A DNA stretch of 64,000 nucleotides, from contig NC_042997.1 of the NCBI RefSeq assembly GCF_006345805.1, positions 133,486,001-133,550,000 on the forward strand, in the 5' to 3' direction. This DNA comes from Octopus sinensis. Lineage: Eukaryota. The translations under genes were made by a program, and so were the position numbers. Numbering within the stretch: the first letter of the stretch is position 1; each line of letters starts with the position of its first letter. Shown piece after piece: positions 38,950 to 52,499 of the stretch. Below the pieces are notes generated by a model. It saw nothing but the letters and a program-made list of their open reading frames with translations. It was not told where the DNA came from and did no database searches.

Positions 38950-39655
38950 TACTTGTTTCCGTCATCGGACTGCAGTCATAGTGGAGAACCGCCTTCAAAG
39001 GGTTTATCGAACCAATCGAGTTCGGTGCTTATTCTTTCAGTTTCTTTAGTTGAACTGTTTACGGGGACGTAAACAAACTAACACCGGTCATCAAGCGGTT
39101 GTAGAGATAACCACAAAACCATATACACGTATACATGTACAACAGGTATTCATGCAATTTCTGTGAACCAAATTCCCCACAAAGCACTGGTCGAACAGTA
39201 AAAGACATTAGTCCAAAGTGCCGCACAGTTGGACTGAACTCAGAACTCTGTAGTAGCAAAGCAAGCGTATTAACCACTGCGTGGCACCTTGGGCAAGTGT
39301 CTTCTACTATAGCCTCAGGCCGATCAAAGCCTTGTGAGTGGAGTTGGTAGACGGAAACTGAAAGAAATCCGTCGTATATATGTATGTGTGTGTGTGTGTG
39401 GGGGGGGGGTGTGTGTGTGTGTATGTGTGTGTGTGTGTCTGTCTGTCTGTGCTTGTCCCCCAACATCGATTGACAACCGATGGTGGTGTGTTTACGTCCC
39501 CGTAACTTAGCGGTTCGACAAAAGAACCGATAGAATAAGTACTAGGCTTCCAAAATATAAGTCATGGGGTTGATTTGCTCGACTAAAGGCGGTGCTCCAG
39601 CATGGCCGCAGTCAAATAACAGAAACAAGTAAATGAGTAAAGAGTAAAGAGAGTA
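38950..39655. mobile_element. Old minus-strand family A SINE abutting a younger plus-strand 5'-truncated copy (39275-39655)
   Basis: Similarity to family A in both orientations. Confidence 0.8.
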
Positions 39656-39979
39656 ATATATGTATATCTATTTTAAAGACAAAAGCTGTGATTTGAGGGA
39701 GATTTAGCAGCTAGTTCTTGCATACTTTTCAACTACATACAGGCCACAGTATCAACTACAATGGCTATGTGCGAATAGAATATGAGATGATCCCCTAGTG
39801 ATACGCTTTAAATCTTCAGAGAGTGCATGAATTGCTGTCTCTATCCACAGAGAAATTCTATACTAGCAAGTATGTCACTAAACAGAAATAAACAATTTGC
39901 ATAAATGGTGCTGTACTGACTGATTATTTACTGCATGGATGATCTCAGGTAATATACGTTTTCAACTTATTATAATATA

Positions 39980-40315
39980 CTCTTTTACTTGTTTCAGTCA
40001 TTTTACTGTGGCCATGCTGGAGCGCCGCCTTTAGTCGAGCAAATTGACCCCAGGACTTAGTCTTTGTAAGCCTAGTGCCTATTCTATTAGTCTGTTTTGC
40101 CGAACAGCTAAGTTACGGGGACGTAAACACACAGTACCAGTTGTCAAGCGATGCTGGGCGGACAAACACAGACACACAAACATATGTACACACATATATA
40201 TACGACAGGCTTCTTTCAGTTTCCGTCTACCAAATCCACTCACATAGCTTTGGAATGAACCCTGAACCATGTGGTTGGTAAGCAACCTACTTACCACACA
40301 GCTACCCCTACGCCT
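39980..40315 (-). mobile_element. SINE family A (internal deletion)
   Basis: Reverse-complement head and tail. Confidence 0.85.
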
Positions 40316-40501
40316 ATATATACGCAGAATCCAAAACTTGTTTCAGGGTTAAGTCCCAGGTAGTGCGTCAGTGGAGCACGTTCACCACTTATGGCTACCA
40401 GGCGTCATAGGCAATACTTTGCATTCATCGTTGGATCTACGTCCAGAAATTCCAAGGTGCACGTATATTTTAAAGCTTAATAGAGAAGACGGGGTGTAAC
40501 A

Positions 40502-40690
40502 AAAGCGGTTATTAATATAACAATCGTTTCGGCTTCATGTTGCACTGCCCCTAATATTACATCGTTCCATGACCTCTAGGGAGCAGTGCAACAAGAAGCC
40601 GAAACGATTGCTGTGCTAATAAATGCTTTGCCAACTGAATACAATGTGCCTCCTGATGAGGTCTCATAAGTCCGAAACATGCACATTACT
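40502..40690. repeat. Inverted repeat followed by a damaged HHR motif
   Basis: Arms 40502-40553 / 40577-40629; then AAUGUGC-CUC CUGAUGA GGUCU-CAUA-AGUCC GAAAC AU GCACAUU. Confidence 0.6.
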
Positions 40691-41027
40691 TTCGCCTGTC
40701 GACTTTAATGACAAAATCCACGCCAATATGTATCAATAATAATTTTCAAAAATGTCGATTAACTTGTATTTTTTATGTTTATCCTGCTTATATATTATCT
40801 TTGGATTTCAAACACCCAAAGGAGTTGTTTAAAAATGAAACCTCACGATGCTTCGGAATTCATTTCTTATACTTAACTCGATTTCACCCACCTTTCTGTA
40901 CCTAACCACAAATTTCATTCACTGTATATTTTTGTTGTGAAGCCTTTCATAATTTTTTTTTCTTTCCGATATAGGCAGGAGTCTGTATTTGAACTCAGAA
41001 CGCAAAGACGGGAAAAATGCTTCTGAT

Positions 41028-41447
41028 AGGCGCAGACGTGGCTGTGTGGTAAGGAACTTGCTTCTCAACCACATAGTTCCGGGTCCAGTCCCACTGCCTG
41101 GCATCTTGAGTAAGTGTCTTCTATTATAGCCTCAGGCTGACCAAAGCCTTGCGAGTGAATTTGGTTGACGGAAACTGAAATGAAGCCTGTCTTATCTGTA
41201 TGTGTATTTGTGTGGGGGGGAGTGTATTTATGCGTGTATGCTTTTGTGTTTGTAATTGTCCCCCCACCCCACTATCGCTTCACAAACGATGTTGGTGTGT
41301 TTACGTCCAAGTAACTTAACGATAGAATAAGTACTAGGCTTACAATGAATAAGTCCTGGAGTCGACTTCTTCAACTAAAACCCTTTAAGGTGATGCTCCA
41401 GCATGGCCGCGGTCAACTGACTGAAACAAGTGAAAGAATAAAAGAAT
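41028..41447 (+). mobile_element. SINE family A
   Basis: Head GGCGCAGACGTGGCTGTGTGG to tail GAAACAAGTGAAAGAATAAAAG. Confidence 0.85.
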
Positions 41448-41860
41448 GTTTAGTTCAGCATGCTTACTTGTTTACCAACTCACCGCTTTGCGATGAAGGT
41501 TTTCATAATGTTTGCTAGAATTTGTTGAATTGCTTTTTAACAAACGTATATAAAAGTTCTTTCTCACTTTTAATACGATTCTCAAATTTCAGATTTGTTC
41601 AAGTTGACATTGCACTTTTAAGTTTTTACTTATTCTTTCCTTAATTTCCTACTTTTCAAAATAACTTATTTCCTTCTCAGATATACCTCACCTTTAAATG
41701 CCATTTGCCCGTTGAATGAAGAAGGCCTAAATAATGTCAGGCTTCCATATATATCTTTATCGCAATCTTGCCATCACTTTAACTAAATACAGTATATTTT
41801 CTTTGAAATGTACCAGAGGATTTGATTTTCACACGAAGATGTCTTTGATAAATACTGATT

Positions 41861-41898
<38 letters not shown>

Positions 41899-42044
41899 AC
41901 ACACACAGAGAGTAGGTGTGTGAAGTACGTACGTCTGTATAAGAATATTCCTGTATTACTCTGCAAAGTTCACAGGTAGAAAGCTTCACCACTCATAAAA
42001 ATATATAGCAGTGTTTAAATACGTGAGTGGGCTTGTGTATAAAT

Positions 42045-42152
<108 letters not shown>

Positions 42153-42429
42153 AATATATTCATAATATAAAGACTATTTAAATTCAGGGTGAATATATAC
42201 ATATAGATATATATGTATGTATGCATGTATGTATGTATGTATGTATGTATGATGTATGTATGAATATATAAACATATGTTTGTTTATATACACGTTGGAT
42301 TTAGGTATTCTTTACAAGTGTTAGACGTCATATAAGATTTCTTTATTTTAGAACCAAACGAATTGAAAAATTAATCCATTTATTTTCTTAATACTGTTAG
42401 CTGTAATGTTGGTGGTGTCGGCCGAAGTG

Positions 42430-42900
42430 ATGGCGGTAGTGATGGTCATGTCGATAATTTTACTGCTGCTGCTGCTGTGGGTAATGGTAGTGGTGGTGGT
42501 GGTGGTGGTGGTGGTGGTGGTGGTAGTGGTTGTCGTCGTCGTTGTGCCTGAGTTTGTCGTGATCGTGGAGGTTAGTGAGTGTTATTATTGGTATTGGTAG
42601 TGACGTAACAGGCCCAGTTGTTGTTGTTGTTGCTGTTGTTGTTGTTAGTGGTGGTGGTAGTGGTGGTGGTGGTGCTGCTGATGGTGGTGCTGATGGCGGT
42701 GGTGGTGGTTGTGGTGGCGGCGGCGGCGGCGGCGGCTGTAATGGCGGTGTTGGTAGTGGTGGTGATGATGGTGGTGGCGGTGGCGGTGGTGGTGGTGGTG
42801 GTGGTGGTGGTGATGATGGTGGTGGTGATAGTAGTGGTATTGGTGGTGGTGGTGGTGATGGTGTTGGCGGTGTTGGTGTTGTTGTTGTTGGTGGTGGTGG
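42430..42900. repeat. (GGT)n/(GTT)n trinucleotide low-complexity tract
   Basis: Direct observation. Confidence 0.9.
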
Positions 42901-43649
42901 TAAAAACGACAGCGGCAGTATATTGCTGATAGAATCATTGAGTTTCTAGCATTTAAATACTTTAGTTCAAATGTCAATATGTTTTCTGCTAAGTGAAGCA
43001 GTTCAGCTCCAGACTGTTGAGATTTTACCTAAAGAAAAAACCAAGCAGACGATCGTTACATGAGATCTCCTCTTCTTACAGGGAGAGAAGTTATTTTTTC
43101 CATGTGACCATCAATGTACAATTGGGGTTTATTGAACCCCTTGAGAATTATGTTAAAGAAAAAAAAATTTACAATAGAAATTTGAGATTGCCTAATATAG
43201 TGATATTTTTATCCTTTACCTGATGGTATCCTAATTCAAGATCTTATCAAGTGGCCAGCATGGGAATAAAAACCTTCAAGGCTAATAATTATCATTTAAA
43301 TTATACAGCACCAGGTGCTGTATGAACATTTAATGTGGTCTTTCGTCTACCAAAGTAGAAGACACTTGCCCAAGGTACCACGCGGTGGGACTGAACCCGG
43401 AAGCAAGCTACTTACCACTCCTGTGCCTATATATAAAGATATATATGTTTACATATGTGTGTGTGTATGTGTGTGTCTGTGCACATGTATGTATGTATGT
43501 ATGTATGTATGTATGTATGTATATTAGTTTGTATGGCTGTGCGTGCATGTATTGCATTGAAACAATTATAACTACAGAATTAAAAATAATAGCATAAATT
43601 CCAGTCTTTTTTTAACCTCTCTCTCTCTTCTCTCTCTCTCTCTCTTCTT

Positions 43650-43705
<56 letters not shown>

Positions 43706-43749
43706 CTCTTCTCTCTCTCTCACACACTCTCTTCTCTCTCTCTCGCTCT

Positions 43750-43819
<70 letters not shown>

Positions 43820-43844
43820 GATATATATATATTCATACATACAT

Positions 43845-44017
43845 GCAGGTGGCACGTAAAAATCAACCACTACACTCACGGAGTGGTTGGCGTTAGGAAG
43901 GGCATCCAGCTGTAAAAACATTGCCAGATAAGACTGGAGCCTGGTGCAGCCTTCTGGCTTCCTAGATCCCCGGTCGAACCGTCCAACCCATGCTAGCATG
44001 GAGAACGGACGTTAAAC

Positions 44018-44068
<51 letters not shown>
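43845..44068 (+). mobile_element. RTE-type 3' tail (5'-truncated SINE/LINE) with (GAT)n
   Basis: TTGGCGTTAGGAAGGGCATCCAGCTGTAAAA...CCAACCCATGCTAGCATGG..GGACGTTAAAC(GAT)n. Confidence 0.7.
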
Positions 44069-44069
<1 letters not shown>

Positions 44070-44608
44070 CACACATACACACAGAGATGGGGGTGTAGAG
44101 GGGGAGGTTGACGACATTGGTTTAACTAGGCGTTCAAAGTTCGCCATCTATGACTTGGAAAGAAATAAGACGTTGAAGTCAAAACATGAAGCCCCAGTCA
44201 AATCAATATTATCAATGAATTTTTACTCTACTAAATAAACATACAGAGTCGCACCATCAGTAAATGTTTGTTTTCAATAAGTTAATCAATAATGCCAAAT
44301 AACAAACATACACACAAACATATATAATATATGTGTGCGTGTGTGTGCTTATGTGTATGTGTGCTTGTGTGTGTGTCTATGTGCGTGTGTTTGTGTGCAT
44401 GTGTGTATGTGCGTTATTTTATCAACTATCTGTCAGTTGCCCTCCTTGAGTTTAGGCGTCGGCTTGCCAAGACTCTACAGTTCTCTGTGTATTGTGCTGC
44501 AGGCGTACAACCTACCAGGTTCTTGTTTCCATTTCATCCTTTGATGTACTACTTTATTAACATTCACATTAATTCTCTTTCATTTATATTCTGGGATAGA
44601 TTCAGTCA

Positions 44609-44654
<46 letters not shown>

Positions 44655-44915
44655 CAAATAAGAAAATGGAGAAAAAATTTAGTTTGCTCATCAGCTTTCG
44701 GATATTAGAATGTTGAATTATTTATTCATTTAACAAAAATGAGAACCTTAATAGCATACATATATACATTATAATTCAATATTTATAGATAAGAATACAA
44801 TTATAAAAATCATAATATAAATTATTGAAATCATTAAAATCACTCCTTACAGCTGTTTCAGCCAATGGATAAAAGTATTTTTTATTGCCTATAGTTGTCA
44901 ATTATACATATATAT

Positions 44916-45018
<103 letters not shown>

Positions 45019-45399
45019 AATAGAAATTGGAAATGCACTGACACTAATTGAAATATTTTTTTAATTAAAATATTTGAATCTCTAACCGGTTTGACAGTTT
45101 ACACTGATTTTTAAAAAGTTCAAATAGAAAGATGTGGCTTATGTCGCAATTGTCTTGCTTCTGACTAGTGTTTGAAGTTTGCCCTGTTTTTATAGGGAGT
45201 TTATGGCTCAGATTAGTATATGTTTTGAATAGGATTTGATTGGTAGAAGATAGTCACATGACTGGTTTTAGAAATTTTTGTAGGTTTCCCGCTACGTCCG
45301 TGTGTTAGTATCAAGTGACAATGTTTGACGTCGTAAGTTAAGGCTGACGCGGTTGATTTACAAATCCAAACAATCAATGCTCTGAATGTTTATGTTCTT

Positions 45400-45593
45400 A
45401 TATTCTTTTACTTGTTTCAGTCATTTGACTGCGGCCATGCTGGAGCACCGCCTTTAGTCAAGCAAATCGACTCTAGGATTTATTCTTCGCAAGCCTAGTA
45501 CTTATTCTATCGGTCACTTTTGCAGAACCGCTAAGTTACGGGGATGTAAACACACCAACATCGTTTGTCAAGCGATGGTGGTGGGACAGACAA

Positions 45594-45600
<7 letters not shown>
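45400..45600 (-). mobile_element. SINE family A 3' half
   Basis: Reverse complement of the family A tail. Confidence 0.85.
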
Positions 45601-45624
<24 letters not shown>

Positions 45625-46544
45625 TAAGCAAATTTGTTGAAAATGCACCTAAATTTGGAAAACTTGTAATTGTTTAAAATACATTTATTTATATATATAT
45701 ATACCAAACTAGTTTCAACAATATTTTTTTGTTTATCAATAGTAAAAGTTAAAAATTATGAATTAAGAAAACATCTTTAAAAGTTTCAACGTTGACAAAT
45801 TAAAACGTTCATAACAGACAAATTTAGAATTATGAATTAGGAGGACAGCTACAGAATTTTAATGTTGACAAGTTTAAATGTTCATAGCAGTCAATAATAT
45901 TAAAACTGTACATCAATTTGTTAGAACGTACAAAGCTCATTAGTGTTAGTAGTGATTGACAAGAAATGAATATCATCAAAGTTTCAGCCATACTGAGTTA
46001 AGAGGGGAAAAAATAAGGGAGAAATGAAGATAGTAAGAATGGGAAATTTGGTTTACAGTTTCCCTGATCCTCTTTCCGTGGGAGCTTTCGCGTGTAGCGG
46101 TTCGTTTTGGAATCACATGTATTTATAATTTTTCTCCGCGAGCGGACCTGATTTTTGATTCGTCAAAATACTGGTGACGTCTTGTTTTTCCGGCGGTCAA
46201 GCTTGTCGTTCTGTCTAGTTGGCTTTCCCTGTGGAGAACGGTCATCAGTCGTTCCGGTTGGCTGATTCTCTTAAAGGGTCATTTCATTGTATTTGCTGAA
46301 GTTTTCATCGGTCAGGAGTTAGGTGACTTCAGCAACTTGTGTTTGTAAAATTTCATTGGTCTAGAGGTAGGTGGCGTCGGTAACTGGTGTTTGTATGGTG
46401 ATTTGGAGTTGCGGCTTCCAAACCCGGGTAGAAGACTGTTACTAAAGTTTTTTTTTAATTGTTATTCCTGCTTTTTTTCTGTGAAGAAATTGAGTCTTTT
46501 TCCTTTTTCTCTTTACTGTTTTTTCTTCTTTCTAAAGGATATTC

Positions 46545-47853
46545 AGGCATATATTTTTTAATCAGTATGCTTTCTTTATTTAAACGGAATTGGGTTGAAA
46601 TATTAACAGAGAGGGAAGGTTTGGTATTTCGGGTTTATGTCTACGGGGCATTGGTCTAGGTGCTTGCTTACTGGAATTTTCCTAGTCGTAGGGTCCCGGA
46701 TTTGTTAACTGTGCACCGTAAGTCTATCCTTCAAAGTTCACCTATGTAGGCCCCACCAAACGCTCCACATTTGAGAACATAGATTAGGTTCTTCGAAGCA
46801 CAGGTGAAGTGATTTTGTATGGTAAAAGTTTCACCTGACTTAAATTTGTGTGTTGAACCCTCTAAGAGGAAGTTGCAAGTTCTGTAGTTAGGGCGGTTGC
46901 ATTTTTTGACTAGTGGGGTTGTATTTTTGGTGGGTAATTTGACGCTGGTGAGTAACTTTTTAGATATTGCGGTTGTCTCTTACCTTTAACAATCCTATGT
47001 AATTCCAGTGTGATTCATTTGCAAGTCCTTTATAAGGAGGGGTATGTTTTGGTGGATGATGTTGTATGCTTCCATGTTTCTTGGATCGTGTGTTGATGCG
47101 TAAGATAGAGTTTTAAGCGTGTCGTGTTTTCTTGTTTTCCGTAACTCTTGGATGTCTGTCATTTTTGCACGTTGTATTCCGCTTTTGACTGGCCGATATT
47201 TTCTGTCTAGCAATATGTTTTAAAGTTTTTGGAGTCATTTTTCTCGGGTTTCCGGATTTGATTAAGTTGAACGCTATATTTATTTCAGTATGTTTTGGGT
47301 AGCAGGAGGAGAATAGAAGATATTGTTTTGAGTTCGTTTGTTTGAGGAAGATGTCGGTTTCAATTTCAGTATCTCTCTTTATGATTAAGATGTCCAGGAA
47401 GGGTAGTTGTTTGTGACTGTAATCCATTGTGAACTGGATACTGTGGTTAATGCTGTTGCTTAGGTTTTCACATTTTGAGAGTTGTTCAAGGTTATGTGGC
47501 CACAGGATAAAACAGTCATCCAGGTAGCGTTTCCAGTTGCTGAGTAAGTATTTTTGGAAGTTGTCTCCAAATTTCAGTCTAGCGTGTTTGGATATTTGAA
47601 CTTCCAAGTATGCCATGACAAGGTTGGCAAAAGCAGGGGCTACCCTCGTTCCCATCGCCGTGTCCGATTATTGTCTATAAGTGTTCTCGTTGAAGCTGAA
47701 GAAGTTGTTCTGTAAGATGAATTTTATTCTTTCAACGATGAATTCTTTTCCGATTCGGTCAGGAATATCATTTGGAAATTTTCCCAGTCAGTATTGTATG
47801 GCTATTATTCCGTATCCGTGAGGAATCAAGGTGTAGAGGTTTATTACATCGAA
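46545..47853 (-). pseudogene. Penelope-like element reverse transcriptase + GIY-YIG endonuclease (Neptune-like), decayed
   Basis: FDVINLYT...QxSDTAMGTRVAPAFANL...WKRYLDDCF...LPFLDILI; then KKCNRPNYRTCNFL..FTCASKNLIYVLKC..AYIGE..RLTVH..SKHL; stops and frameshifts. Confidence 0.88.
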
Positions 47854-48297
47854 TAAAACCCGTAGGGAGTCCTTGCTGGTTTTGTTCAGGAGATGGTTCG
47901 AGATGGGCTGGACTTTTTAAACATCTTCACCCCGATAGCAGTGACCAGGGATGTGGTCCGGGGGCCAAGAACGCCGGGAGTCTCCACTGCCACAGGTTCG
48001 AACATAAGTCTGTCAGTGAGCGACAGATACCTTCACAAACGCCCTTGACGATCATGTGTTGTCTTGCTCTCCAGAGTGATTTTGGGCAATGACACGTGAC
48101 GCATTGTGTCCAAAATATGATAGCATTGTGGACTTGATCCTAGACAATAGGGGTATTTATTCTTTCAACTTTGGTCACTTTGTTTTTTCCTGTTTATTCT
48201 GTCCAATCTTCTAAAGATCTATCTTCCTCTCCATTGCTGTGTACTTTGTCCAGGTTTCTACCTTGTAGATAACAGTTGGCATATTTCAACAGTTTAC

Positions 48298-48333
48298 TAG
48301 CCTCGATTTTAGAAGCAGTGTTATGTTTTGAGT

Positions 48334-48373
<40 letters not shown>

Positions 48374-48408
48374 CTCAAAACATAACACTGCTTCTAAAAT
48401 TGAGGCTA
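48298..48408. repeat. 37-bp inverted repeat around (TA)n
   Basis: TAGCCTCGATTTTAGAAGCAGTGTTATGTTTTGAGTT vs AACTCAAAACATAACACTGCTTCTAAAATTGAGGCTA. Confidence 0.85.
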
Positions 48409-48599
48409 ACGTAATTCAATTAATAATGAAAGATATTATCTATAATAAAATATAAATTTAAATATATTATTAACATTGTACTAAAAATTTCTATACTAAA
48501 TAATTCACATTAAAACGACATTATTATTAATATTGTACTAAAAGTGTCTATATCAAATAATACACATTAAAAAATACATTAAAAAATACACAATATAAC

Positions 48600-48707
48600 G
48601 ATGACGCGCGTTTCGAGACTATGTGTACAAATCTACAATATCAAAATCGATAATCTCAAAAATTAATATTCCTTCTATCCAACGATACATAGCCACTCTT
48701 CAGGATT
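48600..48707 (-). ncRNA. Hammerhead motif with long stem II
   Basis: CUGAAGA GUGGCUAUGU...ACAUAGUCUC GAA AC-GCGC-GU C; stem I weak. Confidence 0.6.
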
Positions 48708-48962
48708 CTATAACATAAAATACATGTACAACATAAATGAAGACGTTATAATTACATTATACATTTATAAATAATTGATAAGATTTAACAGTATTAACGA
48801 AAAGTAGGAGCATCACTTATCTTATTGATGAGCACCAGTTAACTCCGCAAATTAAAAAGGTTCTGTCTCTTAATTCTATACATATTTATTATATCATGAA
48901 TTTTGATTTAGTATTACTAAACTAAGTTTGTTTTCCCCTGTTGCCTTGGAATTTTATGTTCC

Positions 48963-49001
<39 letters not shown>

Positions 49002-49050
49002 ATAATAATAATAATAATAATAATAATATAATAATAATAATAATAATAAT

Positions 49051-49090
<40 letters not shown>

Positions 49091-49093
49091 ACA

Positions 49094-49308
49094 CCCGAAG
49101 GGGTGAAGTTCCTGGCTTTGAGTAAAAGAAAATACAGGAAAATCAGTTAATTACGATTTTATTCAACATATTCCCCTCTCAGATTCACACAGTTATTGTA
49201 GCGGACGTTCAGTTTTTCTAAGCCCTGTAAAAGAACTCGGACGGTTTGCCCTCCAGCCAGGCCATTTGCGATGCCCTTAAAGCCAAGAAATTTTCAGCAC
49301 CCCCCACG
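49094..49308. mobile_element. Mariner deletion derivative / MITE
   Basis: Imperfect TIRs GGGGTGAAGTTCCTGGCTTT / AAAGCCAAGAAATTTTCAGCACCCC; interior resembles a mariner C-terminus on the minus strand. Confidence 0.7.
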
Positions 49309-50512
49309 TGTGTGTGTGTATATATGTAGAGGTGTTTGAGTGCTTGTTTGCGTGTATGAGTATGTGTGTGTGTGTGCTTGCGGTCTAGTATGTGCATGCG
49401 TATGTACGTGTGTTTGAATGTGCGTAACGTTATGCTTAAATACAATTCTATACTTGGCCAAAGTACTTGGTTAACCTACCAACTTCTACAATTTCTACTA
49501 AATTATGAGAATCTTTCTTTTTCTCAGGTCTGAAGTGAAATTTAAACTAGGAAGGATGTAAGATAAAAAAAAAAAATAAAACAACAAGACGCAAGGAGAA
49601 AGATAAAAGAACTAAACAACCAATAATACAAGAGTGATGTGAGCTTTTTTGTGTGCGTTTTTCTTTCGTTTCTATCTTTATTAACAGTAAAATAAAAATA
49701 ATAAAAAAACGTTGAGTAGAGAGTACTTTAAACGGGTAAACTGTATTTCACTGTGAACTGCTCGGAATGGGTGGGAAAAAGAACTTCAAGGATAAATTGC
49801 GCTATACAATGTTGTTCCAATGTGATATCGTGTTCCGTCAGACAGGAAATAAATCTTATACAATGAATTCAGAAAATACAGGAAGCAGAATAAATACATA
49901 CAAATAGAGAAATAGACAATGACTTAAAAAACACTTTTTATAACATACAGGAGTCGGCTGGTTGTCAGTCTGGTTGGTTGGCTGGTTGGTTGGCTGTTTC
50001 TTTTTATTTTTTTTTGGGGGGGGGGCTGGTTGGATGGTTGGATGGTTGTCATTTTGTCTGGTTTGTTAGTTGGTTGGTTGGTTGTTCGGCTGGCTGGCTG
50101 GCTGGCTGGTTGGTTGGTCGTTATTGTTGTTTACCAAAGTCTGTACTGATCAAACAGATTTATGATCAAAAGCTTTCTAGCCATGACCATCACTCATTTC
50201 CAGGCGTAGCTTATTCCCGGATATAATTTATTGCACAAGTGTCTTTTTTGTTTTAAAGACACTAAGGTGTAGTTTCAAGCAAATATGGCTGCTGTTCATG
50301 ACTGACTGGCAGGCGGGCTGGATAGCTAGCTGGTAGGCTGGCGAGCTGGCGGGCTGGCTTGCTGGCGGGTTGGTGGGCTGATGGTCTGACGGGCTTGCTG
50401 GCGGGTTGGCTCGTTGTTGGTTACTTCGTTGGCATGGTTGATAATTTTCACGAAGTTGATACTGGTAATTTAAAACAAAATTAAATGAAACTTAAATTAA
50501 AACTAAAATGCA

Positions 50513-50681
50513 GGCGTAGGAGTGGCTGTGTGGTAAGTAGCTTGCTTACAAACCACATGGTTCCGAGTTCAGTCCCACTGCGTGACACCTCGGGCAAGTG
50601 TCCTCTACTATAGCCTCGGGCCGACCAAAGTCTTGTGAGTGGATTTGGTAGACGGAAACATTCGTATATATATATAAATAA

Positions 50682-50712
<31 letters not shown>

Positions 50713-50932
50713 GCGTGTCTATGTTGTCCCCACCCCCCAGCATCACTTGACAACCGATGCTGGTATGTTTACGTCCCCGTAACTTAGCGGTTCGGCAAAA
50801 GAGACCGATAGAATAAGTACTAGGCTTAGAAAGAATAAGTCCTGGAGTCGATTTGCTCGACTAAAGGCGGTGCTCCAGCATGGCCACAGTCAAATGACTG
50901 AAACAAGTAAAAGAATAAAAGAGTAAAAGAGT
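50513..50932 (+). mobile_element. SINE family A, full length
   Basis: Canonical head, CORE-like block and tail. Confidence 0.9.
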
Positions 50933-51324
50933 ACTGCTTTTACTCTACGAGCTCCAAGTTTTAAGAAAGATCTGGAACAGAAATTCTTATATGTGAAGAC
51001 TATAACAAGGTGGCAAGCTATCAGAAACTTTAGCTAGTCGGACAAAATGCTTAGCAACATTTCTTTCGTTTTTTTTACATTCTGAATTCAAATCCAGCCG
51101 ATTTTCTCTACGCGGTTGATGAATTAAAGTACCAACCAAGATGCAATGGAGTTATCCCCCACCCCACTTCTAAATTACTGGCCTTAAAACCTAGCCCTGC
51201 AGCAGACCAGCTTCCTGTTCAGAGGTGATGTTGTGATCCTGATCCCTTGTACGCCAAGGAAACCGGGTAACTAGCCTTAAGAGTTCTGTGGCTCAATAAA
51301 TAAAATTACTATAAAATAGCCGCT

Positions 51325-51690
51325 GGCTTGGCTATGTGGTAAGAAGCATGCTTTCCAACCACATGGTTCGGGGTTCAGTCCTTCTAAATGGAATCTTAGG
51401 CAAGTGTCTTCTACTATAGCCTCGGGCCGACTAAAGCTTTGTGAGAGGATTTGGGGTAGACGGAAGCTGAAAGAAGTGTATGTGTGTGTGTATGTGTGTC
51501 CACCACTGCTTGGAAACCGGTGCCGGTGTGTTAACATCCCCGTAACTTAACGACCCGGCAAAATGGACCGATAGAATAATAGCAGACTTTAAAAAAAATA
51601 GGTACTGGAGTTGATACACTCGACTAAAAATTCGTGGCGGTGCCCCAGCATGGCCGCAGTCTAATGTCTGGAACAAGTAAAAAATAAGAA
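51325..51690 (+). mobile_element. Diverged SINE family A
   Basis: TGGCTATGTGGTAAGAAG..GGCAAGTGTCTT..GCCCCAGCATGGCCGCAG. Confidence 0.8.
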
Positions 51691-52226
51691 TAAAAATATA
51701 GATATGTCATGGCCATAGCAGTTATTATGACCACTAATGTGTTACAAAATTATCCAAAGAAATAGTCTTCAACAATGCATGCAGATAGTAGTTTATCAAA
51801 TACATTTGAGGTCAAATAATTCGGAATAAGAGAAAATTGATTAAGTCAGCGCTCAGAACTTTACTTAGATTTATTTTAGTATTTTTACTATAAAGACTTC
51901 TTCCAAATTCTACAAAAGAATTCTACAGAAAGAGTAGTGTAGACGAGAGTGACATTCTTGTATTAAAATTATTGAATTTTAAAGGTAAGATATACATTGA
52001 ATATCATTAAAATGTCAAATGTGTATGTAAAAAGATGTCAGTTGTTGAAGAATGAAGCGAGAACAAATGATTTCTGGAATGCTTGTTTTCATGACGAGTT
52101 TCTCTGCAAATGCGTAGCTGTTTATTAATTTCAATAAATTGTTGGTTTTGATCTAAGAAAGTGATTAAACCGTCGACTTTCATTCAAAATATGTGAATCG
52201 GTTTTTAACGAGATCTATATACATTC

Positions 52227-52273
<47 letters not shown>

Positions 52274-52499
52274 GTGTGTGTGTGTGTGTGTGTGGTGGTC
52301 AAAATACCTTGTAAATATATTGTTATCAACGGTTAAGACTGTGAAGGTATTAGATGTTACGTCATAGATTCGATCCCTCGTAACCGGAAAAGATCTCCAT
52401 GGGACAAGCCAGTTGTAGTTCAGGCTTCCACTTCTAGAAGCCATTTGATGCGATCCTCAGGCATCAGTCTTCAAACCGGCGTCGTTCGGTGGAGTCGTA

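Noticed and set aside
42406-42977. Gly-rich / His-rich / Val-rich ORFs
   Set aside because: A (GGT)n tract is open in several frames; no splice or domain evidence.
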